From positions 1 through 62,374 of the forward strand of contig JAAWKZ010000004.1 in the NCBI GenBank assembly GCA_022797635.1: a stretch of 62,374 bases of DNA. Direction: 5' to 3'. The position numbers and the translations under genes are program-made. This DNA is from Clostridia bacterium. GTDB taxonomy: Bacteria; Bacillota; Clostridia; TANB77; CAG-508. Shown here in pieces: positions 40,350-50,201 of the stretch. The notes under the pieces are model-generated. The model was not told the origin of the DNA. It saw only the letters and a program-made list of their open reading frames with translations, and searched no databases. The stretch's first letter is position 1, and the number at the start of each line of letters is the position of its first letter.

Positions 40350-41546
40350 ATGATATACAATCCAATTAGTGTTACAGAATTAAATAAGTACATAAAAGGA
40401 AAGTTTGAAGAAGACGAGTATTTTGCAAATGTATTAGTAGAAGGTGAGATTTCCAATTATAAGCATCACTATACAGGACATTTATATTTTACTTTAAAAG
40501 ATGAGAATTCTTTAATTAAGTGTATTATGTTTAAAACTTATACAGGTCACTTAGAATTTGAACCAAAAGATGGAATGAAAGTAATGATTTTAGGTAGCAT
40601 TTCTGTTTTTGAGAGAGATGGTACTTATCAGTTATACGCAAAAGCAATGAAGCCTTTAGGCATGGTTGGAGATTTAAGGGAAGCATATGAGGAATTAAAA
40701 CAAAAACTAGAAAAAGAAGGTTTTTTTGATGAAGAACATAAAAAAAAGATACCAACTTATCCAAAAGTGATTGGAGTTTTAACTTCTAATACAGGTGCTG
40801 TTATTCGTGATATTATTAATGTTTCTACAAGAAGAAATCCTAATGTAGTAATTAGATTATTTCCTGTGCCTGTTCAAGGGGAAGGAGCTGCTAAAAAGAT
40901 TGCTAAAGGTATCGAATTTATGAATGAACAAAAACTAGCAGATGTATTAATTCTTGCTAGAGGCGGCGGTTCATTAGAGGATTTATGGCCATTTAATGAA
41001 GAAGTTGTTGCGAGAGCAATTTATGAATCAGAATTGCCAATTATTTCAGCAGTAGGACATGAAACTGATTTTACCATTTCTGACTTTGTAGCAGATTTAA
41101 GAGCTCCAACGCCTTCAGCTGCAGCTGAACTTGCAGTTCCAGACATAGAAGAATTGAAATTAAAGATAATAGGGTATGAAAGTCGTTTGAAACAGGCACT
41201 GATTCAAAAAGTGCAATTAATGAGACTACAGTATGAAAAATGTATGCAAAGTAGAGTATTCACTCAACCATTGCAGAAGATTAATGAACAATATATGGTG
41301 CTAGATATGAAATTAAAAGTAATGGAGCACGGCATTTTACAAAAACTACAAATAGAAAAGAGTAATTTTCAAAAAATAGTTTTGCAATTAGATACATTAA
41401 GTCCTTTGAAAATTTTAGCAAGAGGTTATGGAATTGTATATAAAGAAGAAAAAAGAGTAAAAAATGTTACACAGTTAACTGTAAATGATAAAGTAACTAT
41501 TCGTTTACAAGATGGAGAGGCAAAAGCAAAAATTATAGAAGAATAG
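40350..41546 (+). CDS. xseA: Exodeoxyribonuclease VII large subunit
   Basis: SVTELNKYIK...GEISNYKHHYTGHLYFTLKD...ARGGGSLEDLWPFN. Confidence 0.95.
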   Translation: MIYNPISVTELNKYIKGKFEEDEYFANVLVEGEISNYKHHYTGHLYFTLKDENSLIKCIMFKTYTGHLEFEPKDGMKVMILGSISVFERDGTYQLYAKAMKPLGMVGDLREAYEELKQKLEKEGFFDEEHKKKIPTYPKVIGVLTSNTGAVIRDIINVSTRRNPNVVIRLFPVPVQGEGAAKKIAKGIEFMNEQKLADVLILARGGGSLEDLWPFNEEVVARAIYESELPIISAVGHETDFTISDFVADLRAPTPSAAAELAVPDIEELKLKIIGYESRLKQALIQKVQLMRLQYEKCMQSRVFTQPLQKINEQYMVLDMKLKVMEHGILQKLQIEKSNFQKIVLQLDTLSPLKILARGYGIVYKEEKRVKNVTQLTVNDKVTIRLQDGEAKAKIIEE

Positions 41547-41611
41547 AAAACTAAAAGAAGGGAAAAGAAAGGAGAAATATCAATTCACAAAGATTGGTAT
41601 TGACCAGAAAA

Positions 41612-42115
41612 ATGAGCAAATCAACCAAAAATATTTTGATACTAGTTTTAATAGGATTATTAGTAATAGGAATAGCAGTGGCAGTATATGGTCACTTTAA
41701 AACAGAACCAATAGAAGCAAATGTCAGTAAAGAGAATATTCTAGACAATGCAAATAAAGGACTAGAAAATTTTATAAATGATATTTTTGATGAAAATGAT
41801 ATAGCAAATAACGAACAGAGTACTGAAAACAAAGAGGAAGATAAAACTACTAGTACACAAAATCCTGGTACTCAAAATGATGTGAAGGATAATGATATAA
41901 TAGAAAATCAGATAACCCCAGGAGAAAAGAAAGCATTAGAATTTGTAAAAACAGAATGGAAAAAAGAGTGGGGAAATTTAGAAGGTGTATCATTTAATAA
42001 TGAAAGTATTCAAAGTGATGGAAAATATATTGTTTCTGTTAATGATAGCAAAACAACAAGAGTACTTCGTCGTTATGTAGTAGATACGATTACAGGAGTT
42101 GTAGAAGAAAAGTAA
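41612..42115 (+). CDS. Hypothetical membrane-anchored protein
   Basis: An N-terminal TM anchor and a soluble domain. It is inserted between xseA and xseB. Confidence 0.55.
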   Translation: MSKSTKNILILVLIGLLVIGIAVAVYGHFKTEPIEANVSKENILDNANKGLENFINDIFDENDIANNEQSTENKEEDKTTSTQNPGTQNDVKDNDIIENQITPGEKKALEFVKTEWKKEWGNLEGVSFNNESIQSDGKYIVSVNDSKTTRVLRRYVVDTITGVVEEK

Positions 42116-42133
42116 AGTAGGAGGAAAAACTAT

Positions 42134-42367
42134 ATGGGAAGTAAAGGCTTGCCTTTTGAGGAAGCTATAAAGCAGTTAGAGAATGTCGCAGCAGAACTAG
42201 AAAAAGGTGATTTAAACTTAGATGAGTCAGTTGCAAAATTTGAAGAGGGAATGAAACTATCTAAACAATGTAGTAAGTTATTAGAAGATGCAGAAAAAAG
42301 AATTACTATTCTATTAAAAGATGGAGATAGTGTTAAAGAAGAAAATTTTATACAAGAAGAGGAATAG
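42134..42367 (+). CDS. xseB: Exodeoxyribonuclease VII small subunit
   Basis: FEEAIKQLENVAAELEKGDLNLDESVAKFEEGMKLSKQC. Confidence 0.93.
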   Translation: MGSKGLPFEEAIKQLENVAAELEKGDLNLDESVAKFEEGMKLSKQCSKLLEDAEKRITILLKDGDSVKEENFIQEEE

Positions 42368-42373
42368 AGACAA

Positions 42374-42817
42374 ATGCAGGGGATTATGGAGTTTATTAGA
42401 GAATATAAATATATTATTGTGCCAGTGGGAGTATGGTTTTGTATACAATTATTTAAGCTATTATACGATATAGTTAAGGAAAAAAGATTTAACTTTAAAA
42501 GGATTTTACAAGCAGGAGGAATGCCCAGTTCGCATTCAGCAGTAGTAATAGCATTAACTACTATGATAGGTAAATATGAGGGGTTAACATCTCCGATATT
42601 TGGTGTATCCCTTATTTTTTCTTTTGTTGTTATGTATGATGCGGCTGGTGTAAGAAGAGCAGCGGGAAAACAAGCAAAATTATTGAATAAAATAGTTGAA
42701 ACTCCTGGCTTAAGTGGAGTAGAAGTTTCAGAAAGATTAGTTGAAGTCTTAGGACATACACCAATACAAGTTATTGTAGGAGCACTTATTGGATTAGTTG
42801 TGGGATTAATTATTTAA
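42374..42817 (+). CDS. Divergent PAP2-family membrane protein (DUF212/YuiD-like)
   Basis: GGMPSSHSAVV...MYDAAGVRRAAGKQA. Confidence 0.82.
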   Translation: MQGIMEFIREYKYIIVPVGVWFCIQLFKLLYDIVKEKRFNFKRILQAGGMPSSHSAVVIALTTMIGKYEGLTSPIFGVSLIFSFVVMYDAAGVRRAAGKQAKLLNKIVETPGLSGVEVSERLVEVLGHTPIQVIVGALIGLVVGLII

Positions 42818-42880
42818 TTTGTCAGGTTGGGGACGTTCCTTTTTCTGACACTTTTGTCAGGTTAGGGACATACCTTGAAG
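42818..42880. repeat. Tandem copies of the TTGTCAGGTT(G/A)GGGAC element with alternative hairpins, upstream of fhs
   Basis: TGTCAG (42820-25), CTGACA (42845-50) and TGTCAG (42855-60) can pair alternatively. GGTTGGGGACGTTCC and GGTTAGGGACATACC are direct repeats. An inverted copy lies at 12407-12438. Confidence 0.6.
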
Positions 42881-42909
42881 ATTATATAAAGAATAAGGAG
42901 GAACCTGAA

Positions 42910-44571
42910 ATGGAAGATGTAGAGATTGCAAGAAGTACGAAGCTAGAAAGAATTTCAAAAATAGCACAAGATTTAGAAATTCAGGAAGAAGAACTAGAAC
43001 AATATGGAAGATACAAAGCGAAGATTTCTCCAGAGGTATATCAAAGATTAAAGAATAAAGAAAATGGAAAATTAATTTTAGTAACAGCAATAAATCCTAC
43101 TCCTTTAGGAGAAGGAAAGACTACTATGGCAATTGGAATAGCTGACGGATTAAGAAAAATAGGAAAAAAGGCAGTTCTTGCATTAAGAGAGCCTTCACTA
43201 GGACCTGTATTTGGAATTAAAGGTGGAGCAACTGGTGGCGGATATAGTCAAATTGCACCAATGGAAGATATTAATTTACATTTTACAGGCGATATTCATG
43301 CAATTACTTCAGCAAATAATTTACTTTCTGCTATGATAGATAATCATATCTATTTTGGAAATGAATTAGGTTTTGATAGAGTGGTGTGGAAAAGATGTGT
43401 AGACCTAAATGATAGGCAATTAAGAAAAGTAGATACAGGCTTATCAGAAGAGAAGAATATTGTACCAAGAATGGATGGATTTGATATTTCTGTTGCTTCT
43501 GAAATTATGGCAATTTTTTGCTTAGCCACAGATATAGAAGATTTAAAAAGAAGAATTGGAAATATTATTGTTGGATATACCAAAGAAAATAAGCCGATTA
43601 CTGCAAGAGAGTTAAATGCAGAAGGTAGTATGACTGTTTTATTAAAAGATGCAATCAATCCAAATTTAGTACAAACTTTAGAAAAAACACCTGCAATTGT
43701 TCATGGGGGACCATTTGCAAATATTGCTCATGGATGTAATAGTGTGATTGCTACAAAACTAGCTTTAAAATTAGGAGAGTATGTTATTACAGAAGCTGGA
43801 TTTGGAGCAGACTTAGGAGCAGAAAAATTCTTGGATATTAAATGTAGAAAAGCAGATTTAAAGCCTGATGCAGTTGTATGTGTAGCAACTATGAAGGCTT
43901 TGAAATATCATGGTGGAATGCCAAAAGAAGAATTAAACCAAGAAAGTTTAGAGTACTTAGAAAAAGGGTTTGAAAACTTAGAAAGACATGTAGACAATTT
44001 GAAAAATCGTTATGGTTTAAATGTAGTAGTGGCAATTAATAAATATACACAAGATACCAAAAAAGAAGTAGAATTTTTACAAAATAAATTACAGGAAAAA
44101 GGAATAAAACTAAGTTTAGTAGAAAGCTGGGAAAAAGGTGGCGATGGTGCTACTGATTTAGCAGAGCAAATTGTTAACTTAGTTGAAGAAAAAGAAGATT
44201 TCAAATTTGCTTATGAATTGCAAGAAAGTATAGAAAATAAAATAAAGGCTGTGGCACAAAAAGTGTATGGAGCACAAGATGTGGAATATACAGAAGAAGC
44301 CAAAAAACATATTCAGGAAATTGAAAAGTTAGGATATGGTAATTTGCCAGTATGTATTGCAAAAACACAATATTCTTTCTCTGATGACCCAAAAAATTTA
44401 GAATGTAAAGAACCATTTCATATTCATGTACAAGATGTTGTATTAAGAGCAGGTGCAGAATTTGTAGTGGTATTAACAGGAAAAATTATGACAATGCCAG
44501 GTCTTCCAAAAGTACCAGCTGCTGAAAAAATTGATTTAGATGAAAAAGGAAATATTATAGGAATATTTTAA
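42910..44571 (+). CDS. fhs: Formate--tetrahydrofolate ligase
   Basis: 553 aa. VTAINPTPLGEGKTTMAIG...EPSLGPVFGIKGGATGGGY. Confidence 0.96.
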   Translation: MEDVEIARSTKLERISKIAQDLEIQEEELEQYGRYKAKISPEVYQRLKNKENGKLILVTAINPTPLGEGKTTMAIGIADGLRKIGKKAVLALREPSLGPVFGIKGGATGGGYSQIAPMEDINLHFTGDIHAITSANNLLSAMIDNHIYFGNELGFDRVVWKRCVDLNDRQLRKVDTGLSEEKNIVPRMDGFDISVASEIMAIFCLATDIEDLKRRIGNIIVGYTKENKPITARELNAEGSMTVLLKDAINPNLVQTLEKTPAIVHGGPFANIAHGCNSVIATKLALKLGEYVITEAGFGADLGAEKFLDIKCRKADLKPDAVVCVATMKALKYHGGMPKEELNQESLEYLEKGFENLERHVDNLKNRYGLNVVVAINKYTQDTKKEVEFLQNKLQEKGIKLSLVESWEKGGDGATDLAEQIVNLVEEKEDFKFAYELQESIENKIKAVAQKVYGAQDVEYTEEAKKHIQEIEKLGYGNLPVCIAKTQYSFSDDPKNLECKEPFHIHVQDVVLRAGAEFVVVLTGKIMTMPGLPKVPAAEKIDLDEKGNIIGIF

Positions 44572-44641
44572 ATTTGAATAAATACACCAATTCTGGTTAA
44601 AATACACATAACAGATTTTAACAGAAAGTGGTGTATTTTTT

Positions 44642-45343
44642 ATGTTCAAAAAAGTAGTGAAAAATAAAAGAAGAATGTGGGCAATGGCAATTATAACTTT
44701 AGCATTTAGTTTATTCTTTTCTTACCATATATTTGTCAGAAATAGTCAAACAGAGGCATTATCTAAATATGGCTCTAGAGGTGATGAAGTAAGACAAATC
44801 CAGACGAAACTAAAAAGATGGGGATACTATAAAGGCAATGTAGATGGCATTTATGGAAGTCAAACACAAGCAGCTGTTAGGTGGTTTCAATCTAAAAATG
44901 GATTGACAGTTGACGGAATTGCAGGAAAAAATACTTTAAAAGCAATGGGAATTATGAATTCAAGTAATAGTTCTAGTTCTGGTGCAACAACATCCAACGA
45001 TCTGAATTTATTAGCAAGACTTGTTTATGGAGAAGCAAGAGGAGAGCCATATTCTGGCCAAGTTGCTGTTGCAGCAGTTGTATTAAATCGTGTTAGAAGT
45101 AGTTCATTTCCAAATTCTGTATCAGGAGTCATTTATCAAAGAGGAGCTTTTGATGTAGTATCAGATGGACAAATTAATTTGACACCAAATGACACAGCAA
45201 GAAAAGCGGCCCAAGATGCTTTAAATGGATGGGACCCAAGCTACGGAGCTGTTTACTATTTTAATCCAAGTACAGCAACTAATAAATGGATTTGGTCAAG
45301 ACCAATGACAGTAACAATTGGAAGACATAGATTTTGTAAATAG
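44642..45343 (+). CDS. sleB: Spore cortex-lytic enzyme (SleB-like: PG-binding domain plus Hydrolase_2)
   Basis: GSRGDEVRQIQTKLKRWGYYKG...LLARLVYGEARGEPYSGQVAVAAVVLNR. Confidence 0.88.
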   Translation: MFKKVVKNKRRMWAMAIITLAFSLFFSYHIFVRNSQTEALSKYGSRGDEVRQIQTKLKRWGYYKGNVDGIYGSQTQAAVRWFQSKNGLTVDGIAGKNTLKAMGIMNSSNSSSSGATTSNDLNLLARLVYGEARGEPYSGQVAVAAVVLNRVRSSSFPNSVSGVIYQRGAFDVVSDGQINLTPNDTARKAAQDALNGWDPSYGAVYYFNPSTATNKWIWSRPMTVTIGRHRFCK

Positions 45344-45362
45344 GAATGAAAGGTAAAAGAAA

Positions 45363-45407
45363 TTGACATTTTATGACATGTGCCGATATAATATAACAAA
45401 ATGTTAT
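45363..45407 (+). promoter_or_regulatory. Promoter plus palindromic operator of pilin-like gene 2
   Basis: TTGACA (45363-68), TATAAT (45387-92), then ATAACAaaaTGTTAT (45393-45407). Confidence 0.6.
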
Positions 45408-45453
45408 GAAATGAAGATAGAGATACGAAAGAAAAAGGAGGAAATGAATCATA

Positions 45454-46482
45454 ATGAAAGAAATATTTATAAAAAAGCAAGTTGGTATTACATTAGTAGC
45501 ATTAGTAGTAACTATGGTTGTATTGCTGATTTTGGCAGGAATTACAATTATGTATACTATGGGAGAAAATAGTATTTTGAACAAGGCTCAAGATGCAAAG
45601 AACAAAACAGAGGAAGCAATAGACAATGAGCAAGAATATATGAGTCAAGTAGATAATATGATGAATGAATATACTAATGGAACAGGAAATGGTGGAACTA
45701 ATACTCCAGCAGAATCAGAAAATCCATGGGCAAAAGTAGATAGAATTGCTAAAGCAATAGCAAATGATGAAAATATAACGAATAATTCAACACAAGCAAC
45801 AGGAATAACTGAAAAAGGAGAAGTTTATGACATAAAGGTAGGAGATATCTTAGAGGTAGAATATGAAGGAGAGAACAAAAGAGTAAGAGTTATAGGCTTA
45901 AAGCATGATGATTTAGTGAATAGCGGAGTGTATGGGGGGAATCATACAAAGGCAAGTATTACATTCGATTTTATAGAGTTCATGACAGGCTCAACATGGC
46001 AACAAATGAATACAAGTAACACAAATAGTGGTGGCTGGGCCAATACAACAATGAGAACATTTTTAAATGGAGCAGCTGGAAAAGAAAAGTTGAGTAATGA
46101 AGCATATATTAAACAAGTAAAGAAAAAATATATTAGAATATATAATAATGCAAGTAGTGTAGCAGTATGTAATGATTATTTATGGCTGTTAGCATCAAGT
46201 GAAATAGTAAATAGTGGATATAAAAATGGAGCATATGGATATACAATAACAAGTGAAGGGCTACAGTATCAATACTATAAAACTATGAATCCAACATGGG
46301 ATGCGGCAAATATAGGACTTGTAAGGAAGCCAACTGAGCTGGGTACTGCATTAGGGTGGTGGCTTCGTTCACCTCGTTACAATCTTAATGTTAGTTTCTG
46401 CACTGTTCATGCCGAGGGATATGTCAATTTTAGCGACAATGCAAGTACTAGCCGTGGAATTGTTCCTGGATTTTGCATTTGA
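45454..46482 (+). CDS. Secreted protein with prepilin-type N-terminal signal and WWLRSP domain (paralog of 36178-37257)
   Basis: KKQVG|ITLVALVVTMVVLLILAGITIMYTMGENS. The proteins are colinear with gene 1, but many synonymous differences exist at the DNA level. Confidence 0.7.
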   Translation: MKEIFIKKQVGITLVALVVTMVVLLILAGITIMYTMGENSILNKAQDAKNKTEEAIDNEQEYMSQVDNMMNEYTNGTGNGGTNTPAESENPWAKVDRIAKAIANDENITNNSTQATGITEKGEVYDIKVGDILEVEYEGENKRVRVIGLKHDDLVNSGVYGGNHTKASITFDFIEFMTGSTWQQMNTSNTNSGGWANTTMRTFLNGAAGKEKLSNEAYIKQVKKKYIRIYNNASSVAVCNDYLWLLASSEIVNSGYKNGAYGYTITSEGLQYQYYKTMNPTWDAANIGLVRKPTELGTALGWWLRSPRYNLNVSFCTVHAEGYVNFSDNASTSRGIVPGFCI

Positions 46483-46659
46483 GTCTGGAATTGAAAGAAT
46501 ATAGGCAATATAGTATTAAAGAACTGTATTGCTTTTTAAATTTTTATTCAGTAAAAAATACATTTCCAAAAAAATCTAAAATCTACTGAAAAATCAATTG
46601 ACAAATTTCCTATCTTAATAGATAATAATAAAAGAAAAATTGTCTAAAATGGAGGCACT

Positions 46660-47163
46660 ATGATTTTATATCCAAAACTATATTTAAATAGTGTAACAGA
46701 GTTAACTATAGAAATACTAGCAAAACATCATTTAAAAGGGCTCATTTTAGATGTGGATAATACGCTAATTGATATTAATAGGAATATGCCAGAAAGTATA
46801 CCAGAATGGATAGGAAACTTAAAAAAACAAGGAATTTCTTTATGTATTGTATCCAATACCAATCATAAAGATAAAGTAGAAGAAGTAGCAAAAAAGCTAG
46901 AAATTCCATATATCTATTTTGCTAAAAAGCCATTTAAAAACGGTTTTAAAAGAGCTAAAGAAATCTTACAATTAGAAAATGAACAAATAGGAGTAGTAGG
47001 AGATCAAATTATGACAGACATCATAGGAGCCAATAGAAGTAAGATGTTTCCTATTTTAGTAAAACCAATTGATGAAAAAGATATCTGGATTACAAAAGTA
47101 AAAAGACCAATCGAAAATAAAATAATTGAGAGATACAAAAGGAGCAAAAATGTACATAAATGA
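46660..47163 (+). CDS. YqeG-family HAD phosphatase
   Basis: LILDVDNTLI...CIVSNT...VGDQIMTDIIGANR. Confidence 0.85.
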   Translation: MILYPKLYLNSVTELTIEILAKHHLKGLILDVDNTLIDINRNMPESIPEWIGNLKKQGISLCIVSNTNHKDKVEEVAKKLEIPYIYFAKKPFKNGFKRAKEILQLENEQIGVVGDQIMTDIIGANRSKMFPILVKPIDEKDIWITKVKRPIENKIIERYKRSKNVHK

Positions 47164-47891
47164 TATTCATATTCTAATTTATGTTGCTGTACGGAGTAGC
47201 AGGATTACTAATCGGTCAATTGATAGACTGGTGCAATAAACGTTTACCAGAATACCAAAAAGTATTATGTAAAGAATTTTTTACGGAATATATGAGGCAT
47301 TTTAAGCCAAACTATTTATTAATGGTAATTACAGCTGTAATGTACCTAGGCTTATTATATACTTTTAACATAAGTATAGATTTCTTTAAATATGCAGCTT
47401 TAGTACCAATACTATTATCTGCATTTTGTATAGATTATAAATTGCAAATCATTCCGAATCGTTTGAATCTAACTATTTTAGAAATTGGATTATTGTTTAC
47501 ATTTCTAAATGTTATCATAAATGTGAGTTTAGGAATAAATACGATTATTGAAAGTGTAATCGGTGCATTAGTTGGTGGAGGAATTTTCCTACTCATTACT
47601 GTTATTGGTGGTTGGATTGCTGGAAAAGAAGCAATGGGATTTGGAGATGTAAAGTTAATGGGAGCCTTAGGATTAGTTTTAGGCTGGAAAGCAATTCTCA
47701 TGGTTTCTGTGCTATCCTTTCTAATAGCAGCCATTATCAGCTTACCAATTTTGATTATTAAACGAAAAAATGATTATATACCTTTTGGACCATTTATTGT
47801 AATAGCAACTTTCATAGTTATTTTTACACCTTATGATTTGCTATTAACGATTTTATTAAAGATATTTACTTTGGGAATGTACCAAGGTTAA
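47150..47891 (+). CDS. Prepilin peptidase (A24 family); candidate +1 shift at in-frame CGG 47192-47194
   Basis: GFGDVKLMGALG and multiple TM helices. ATG 47150 has a strong AAAGGAG SD and reads MYINDIHILIYVAV-CGG. The +1 frame continues GVAGLLIGQLIDWCNKRLP. The alternative start ATG 47181 lacks an SD. Confidence 0.8.
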
Positions 47892-47910
47892 ATTTTAGGT
47901 GGTGATTTTT

Positions 47911-48978
47911 ATGAACCCAAAAATTAAGTGGTTAAGAGAAAAAATGCGTGGATTAGATATGCAAGGAATGATTGTTTCCAACCCTATTAATATTAGGTAT
48001 TTAACAGGAATTAATGCCGAAGGGGTGTTATTAATTACGCGTAAAGAAAATCACTACATTACAGATAGTAGATATATAGAAGATGTTCATAGTATAGTTA
48101 CAATAGATGATGAAATTATTGTTTCTAATTTTACGGATATTAGCCCGTATGACTATGAAAATTTCTTCTCATTTTGCGAAAATGTTGGGTTTGAAGAAAA
48201 TTATATTACTTATGCACAGTATAAAAACTATATGCAAAAATATAAAGTGAATAATTTTGAAGAAACAGAAAATATGATAGAAAAGCAAAGAATGGTAAAA
48301 GATGAAGAAGAGATTGCAAAAATGCAGAAAGCTTGCGAATTAACAGATGCGTGTTTTGAACATTTACAGAAATTTATAAAAATAGGTATGACAGAAAAAG
48401 AAGTTGCATATGAAATAGAAAATTATTTTTTAAGAAATGGAGCAGATGGACTTGCTTTTGAAACCATTGTAGCATCAGGTAGAAATTCATCTAAACCACA
48501 TGCAATTACAACTGAGAAATTAATAGAAAAAGGTGACCCAATTACGATTGATTTTGGATGCAGATATCAAGGCTATTGTTCTGATATGACAAGAACGATA
48601 TTTGCAGGATATGTGCCAGATAGAATGAAACCAATTTATGATTTGGTTCTAAAAGACCAATTGCAAACTTTAGAAGATATGAAAGAAGGAGCGGTTATTC
48701 GAAATTTATCTCGTAATGTAGAAAATGATTTTAAATTATATGGGCATAATTTGATACATAGTTTAGGTCATGGAGTTGGACTAGATATTCATGAAATTCC
48801 ATACATTAGTGGAAAAAATGATAATGTTTTAAAAGAAAATATGGTAGTAACAGATGAACCAGGTATTTATTTACCAGGAGAATTTGGAATTAGAATAGAA
48901 GATACAGTATTAATTACAAAAACTGGTTGTATAAATTTAACAAAATCGGATAAGAATTATATTATAGTAGATAATTAA
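47911..48978 (+). CDS. Xaa-Pro aminopeptidase (M24B family)
   Basis: Creatinase-like N-domain plus HSLGHGVGLDIHEIP and an EPG...RIED motif. Confidence 0.9.
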   Translation: MNPKIKWLREKMRGLDMQGMIVSNPINIRYLTGINAEGVLLITRKENHYITDSRYIEDVHSIVTIDDEIIVSNFTDISPYDYENFFSFCENVGFEENYITYAQYKNYMQKYKVNNFEETENMIEKQRMVKDEEEIAKMQKACELTDACFEHLQKFIKIGMTEKEVAYEIENYFLRNGADGLAFETIVASGRNSSKPHAITTEKLIEKGDPITIDFGCRYQGYCSDMTRTIFAGYVPDRMKPIYDLVLKDQLQTLEDMKEGAVIRNLSRNVENDFKLYGHNLIHSLGHGVGLDIHEIPYISGKNDNVLKENMVVTDEPGIYLPGEFGIRIEDTVLITKTGCINLTKSDKNYIIVDN

Positions 48979-49065
48979 CAAATAAGAATGTTGATTTTTA
49001 GGTAGAAATAGTGTATAATAGTAAAGATTTTAAGAATAATAACAAATTTGAAAGGGGAAAATATT

Positions 49066-49632
49066 ATGGCAGAAGTATATATGGCAGGAGATTTTAGAAA
49101 CGGAACAACATTTGAAATGGAAGGAAATGTATTCAAAGTAGTAGAATTCCAACATGTAAAACCAGGAAAAGGCTCAGCATTTGTAAGAACAAAGATTAGA
49201 AATGTAATTACAGGAGCAGTTTTAGAAAAAACTTTCAATCCATCTGATAAATATCCAGCAGCAGAAATTGAAAAGAAAGAAATGCAATATTTATATGAAG
49301 ATGGTGGAATTTATTACTTTATGGATAATGAAACATATGAACAATTACCATTAAATAAAGACCAACTTGGTGATAGCTTAAAATTCCTAAAAGAGAATAT
49401 GAATGTAAAAATTCTTTCTTATAAGGGAAATGTATTTTCGGTAGAACCACCAATGTTTGTTGAATTAGAAGTTACATATACAGAACCAGGATTTGCTGGT
49501 AACACAACAACTACTTCAGGAAAACCTGCTACATTAGAAAATGGTTATGAAATTTCAGTTCCAATGTTTGTAAATATTGGAGATGTGATTCGTATTGATA
49601 CTAGAACTGGGGAGTATATGGAAAGAGTTTAA
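49066..49632 (+). CDS. efp: Elongation factor P
   Basis: [36 protein letters not shown]. Confidence 0.96.
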   Translation: MAEVYMAGDFRNGTTFEMEGNVFKVVEFQHVKPGKGSAFVRTKIRNVITGAVLEKTFNPSDKYPAAEIEKKEMQYLYEDGGIYYFMDNETYEQLPLNKDQLGDSLKFLKENMNVKILSYKGNVFSVEPPMFVELEVTYTEPGFAGNTTTTSGKPATLENGYEISVPMFVNIGDVIRIDTRTGEYMERV

Positions 49633-49653
49633 TTTGGAAGGGAAGATGACAAG

Positions 49654-50187
49654 ATGTCAGAATTGAGCAATCGTTATCAACAAATTATGAAAGATTTACA
49701 AGCTAATATCAAAGATGAAAAAGATAAAGAGTTTGTAATTGAAAAATTCCAAGAACTTTCAATGATGTTTATGGATGTTATTGATCGTTTAACGTACTTA
49801 ACAGATTTAAGAATTAAAGAAGTAGAAGAACAGCAAAAACAAATTGATGATAGAATGTCTAAAATTCAAAAAGTAGTAGATGGTATTGAAAGTGATATTT
49901 ATGAAGATGAGGAATCTTATGAATTTGATATCATGTGTCCATACTGTAATCATGAGTTTACAACTAATATTAGTAGTGATGTTAATACAGAAGTTGAGTG
50001 TCCAGAATGTCATAATATGATAGAATTAGACTGGAATGGTGATGAAGAGGAATGTACTCATAATTGTTCTGGTTGTGGACATGATTGTAGTGCAGAATTG
50101 GCAGAAGAGTTAGCGATAGAGCCAGAAATGCCAATAGTAGAAAAAGAAGAATTAGATGAAGAAAATAACAATGAAGAAGATATGTAA
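49654..50187 (+). CDS. Hypothetical zinc-ribbon protein
   Basis: Coiled-coil N-terminus, CPYC...CPEC ribbon and an acidic tail. Confidence 0.6.
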   Translation: MSELSNRYQQIMKDLQANIKDEKDKEFVIEKFQELSMMFMDVIDRLTYLTDLRIKEVEEQQKQIDDRMSKIQKVVDGIESDIYEDEESYEFDIMCPYCNHEFTTNISSDVNTEVECPECHNMIELDWNGDEEECTHNCSGCGHDCSAELAEELAIEPEMPIVEKEELDEENNNEEDM

Positions 50188-50201
50188 CAATATCTTCTTT
50201 T

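Noticed and set aside
42818-42909. ZTP (pfl) or THF riboswitch upstream of fhs
   Set aside because: The region is only about 90 nt. It lacks the conserved ZTP core and the 3' CCGCCTGGGC-type element, and it lacks THF-type features. A repeat or hairpin element explains it better.
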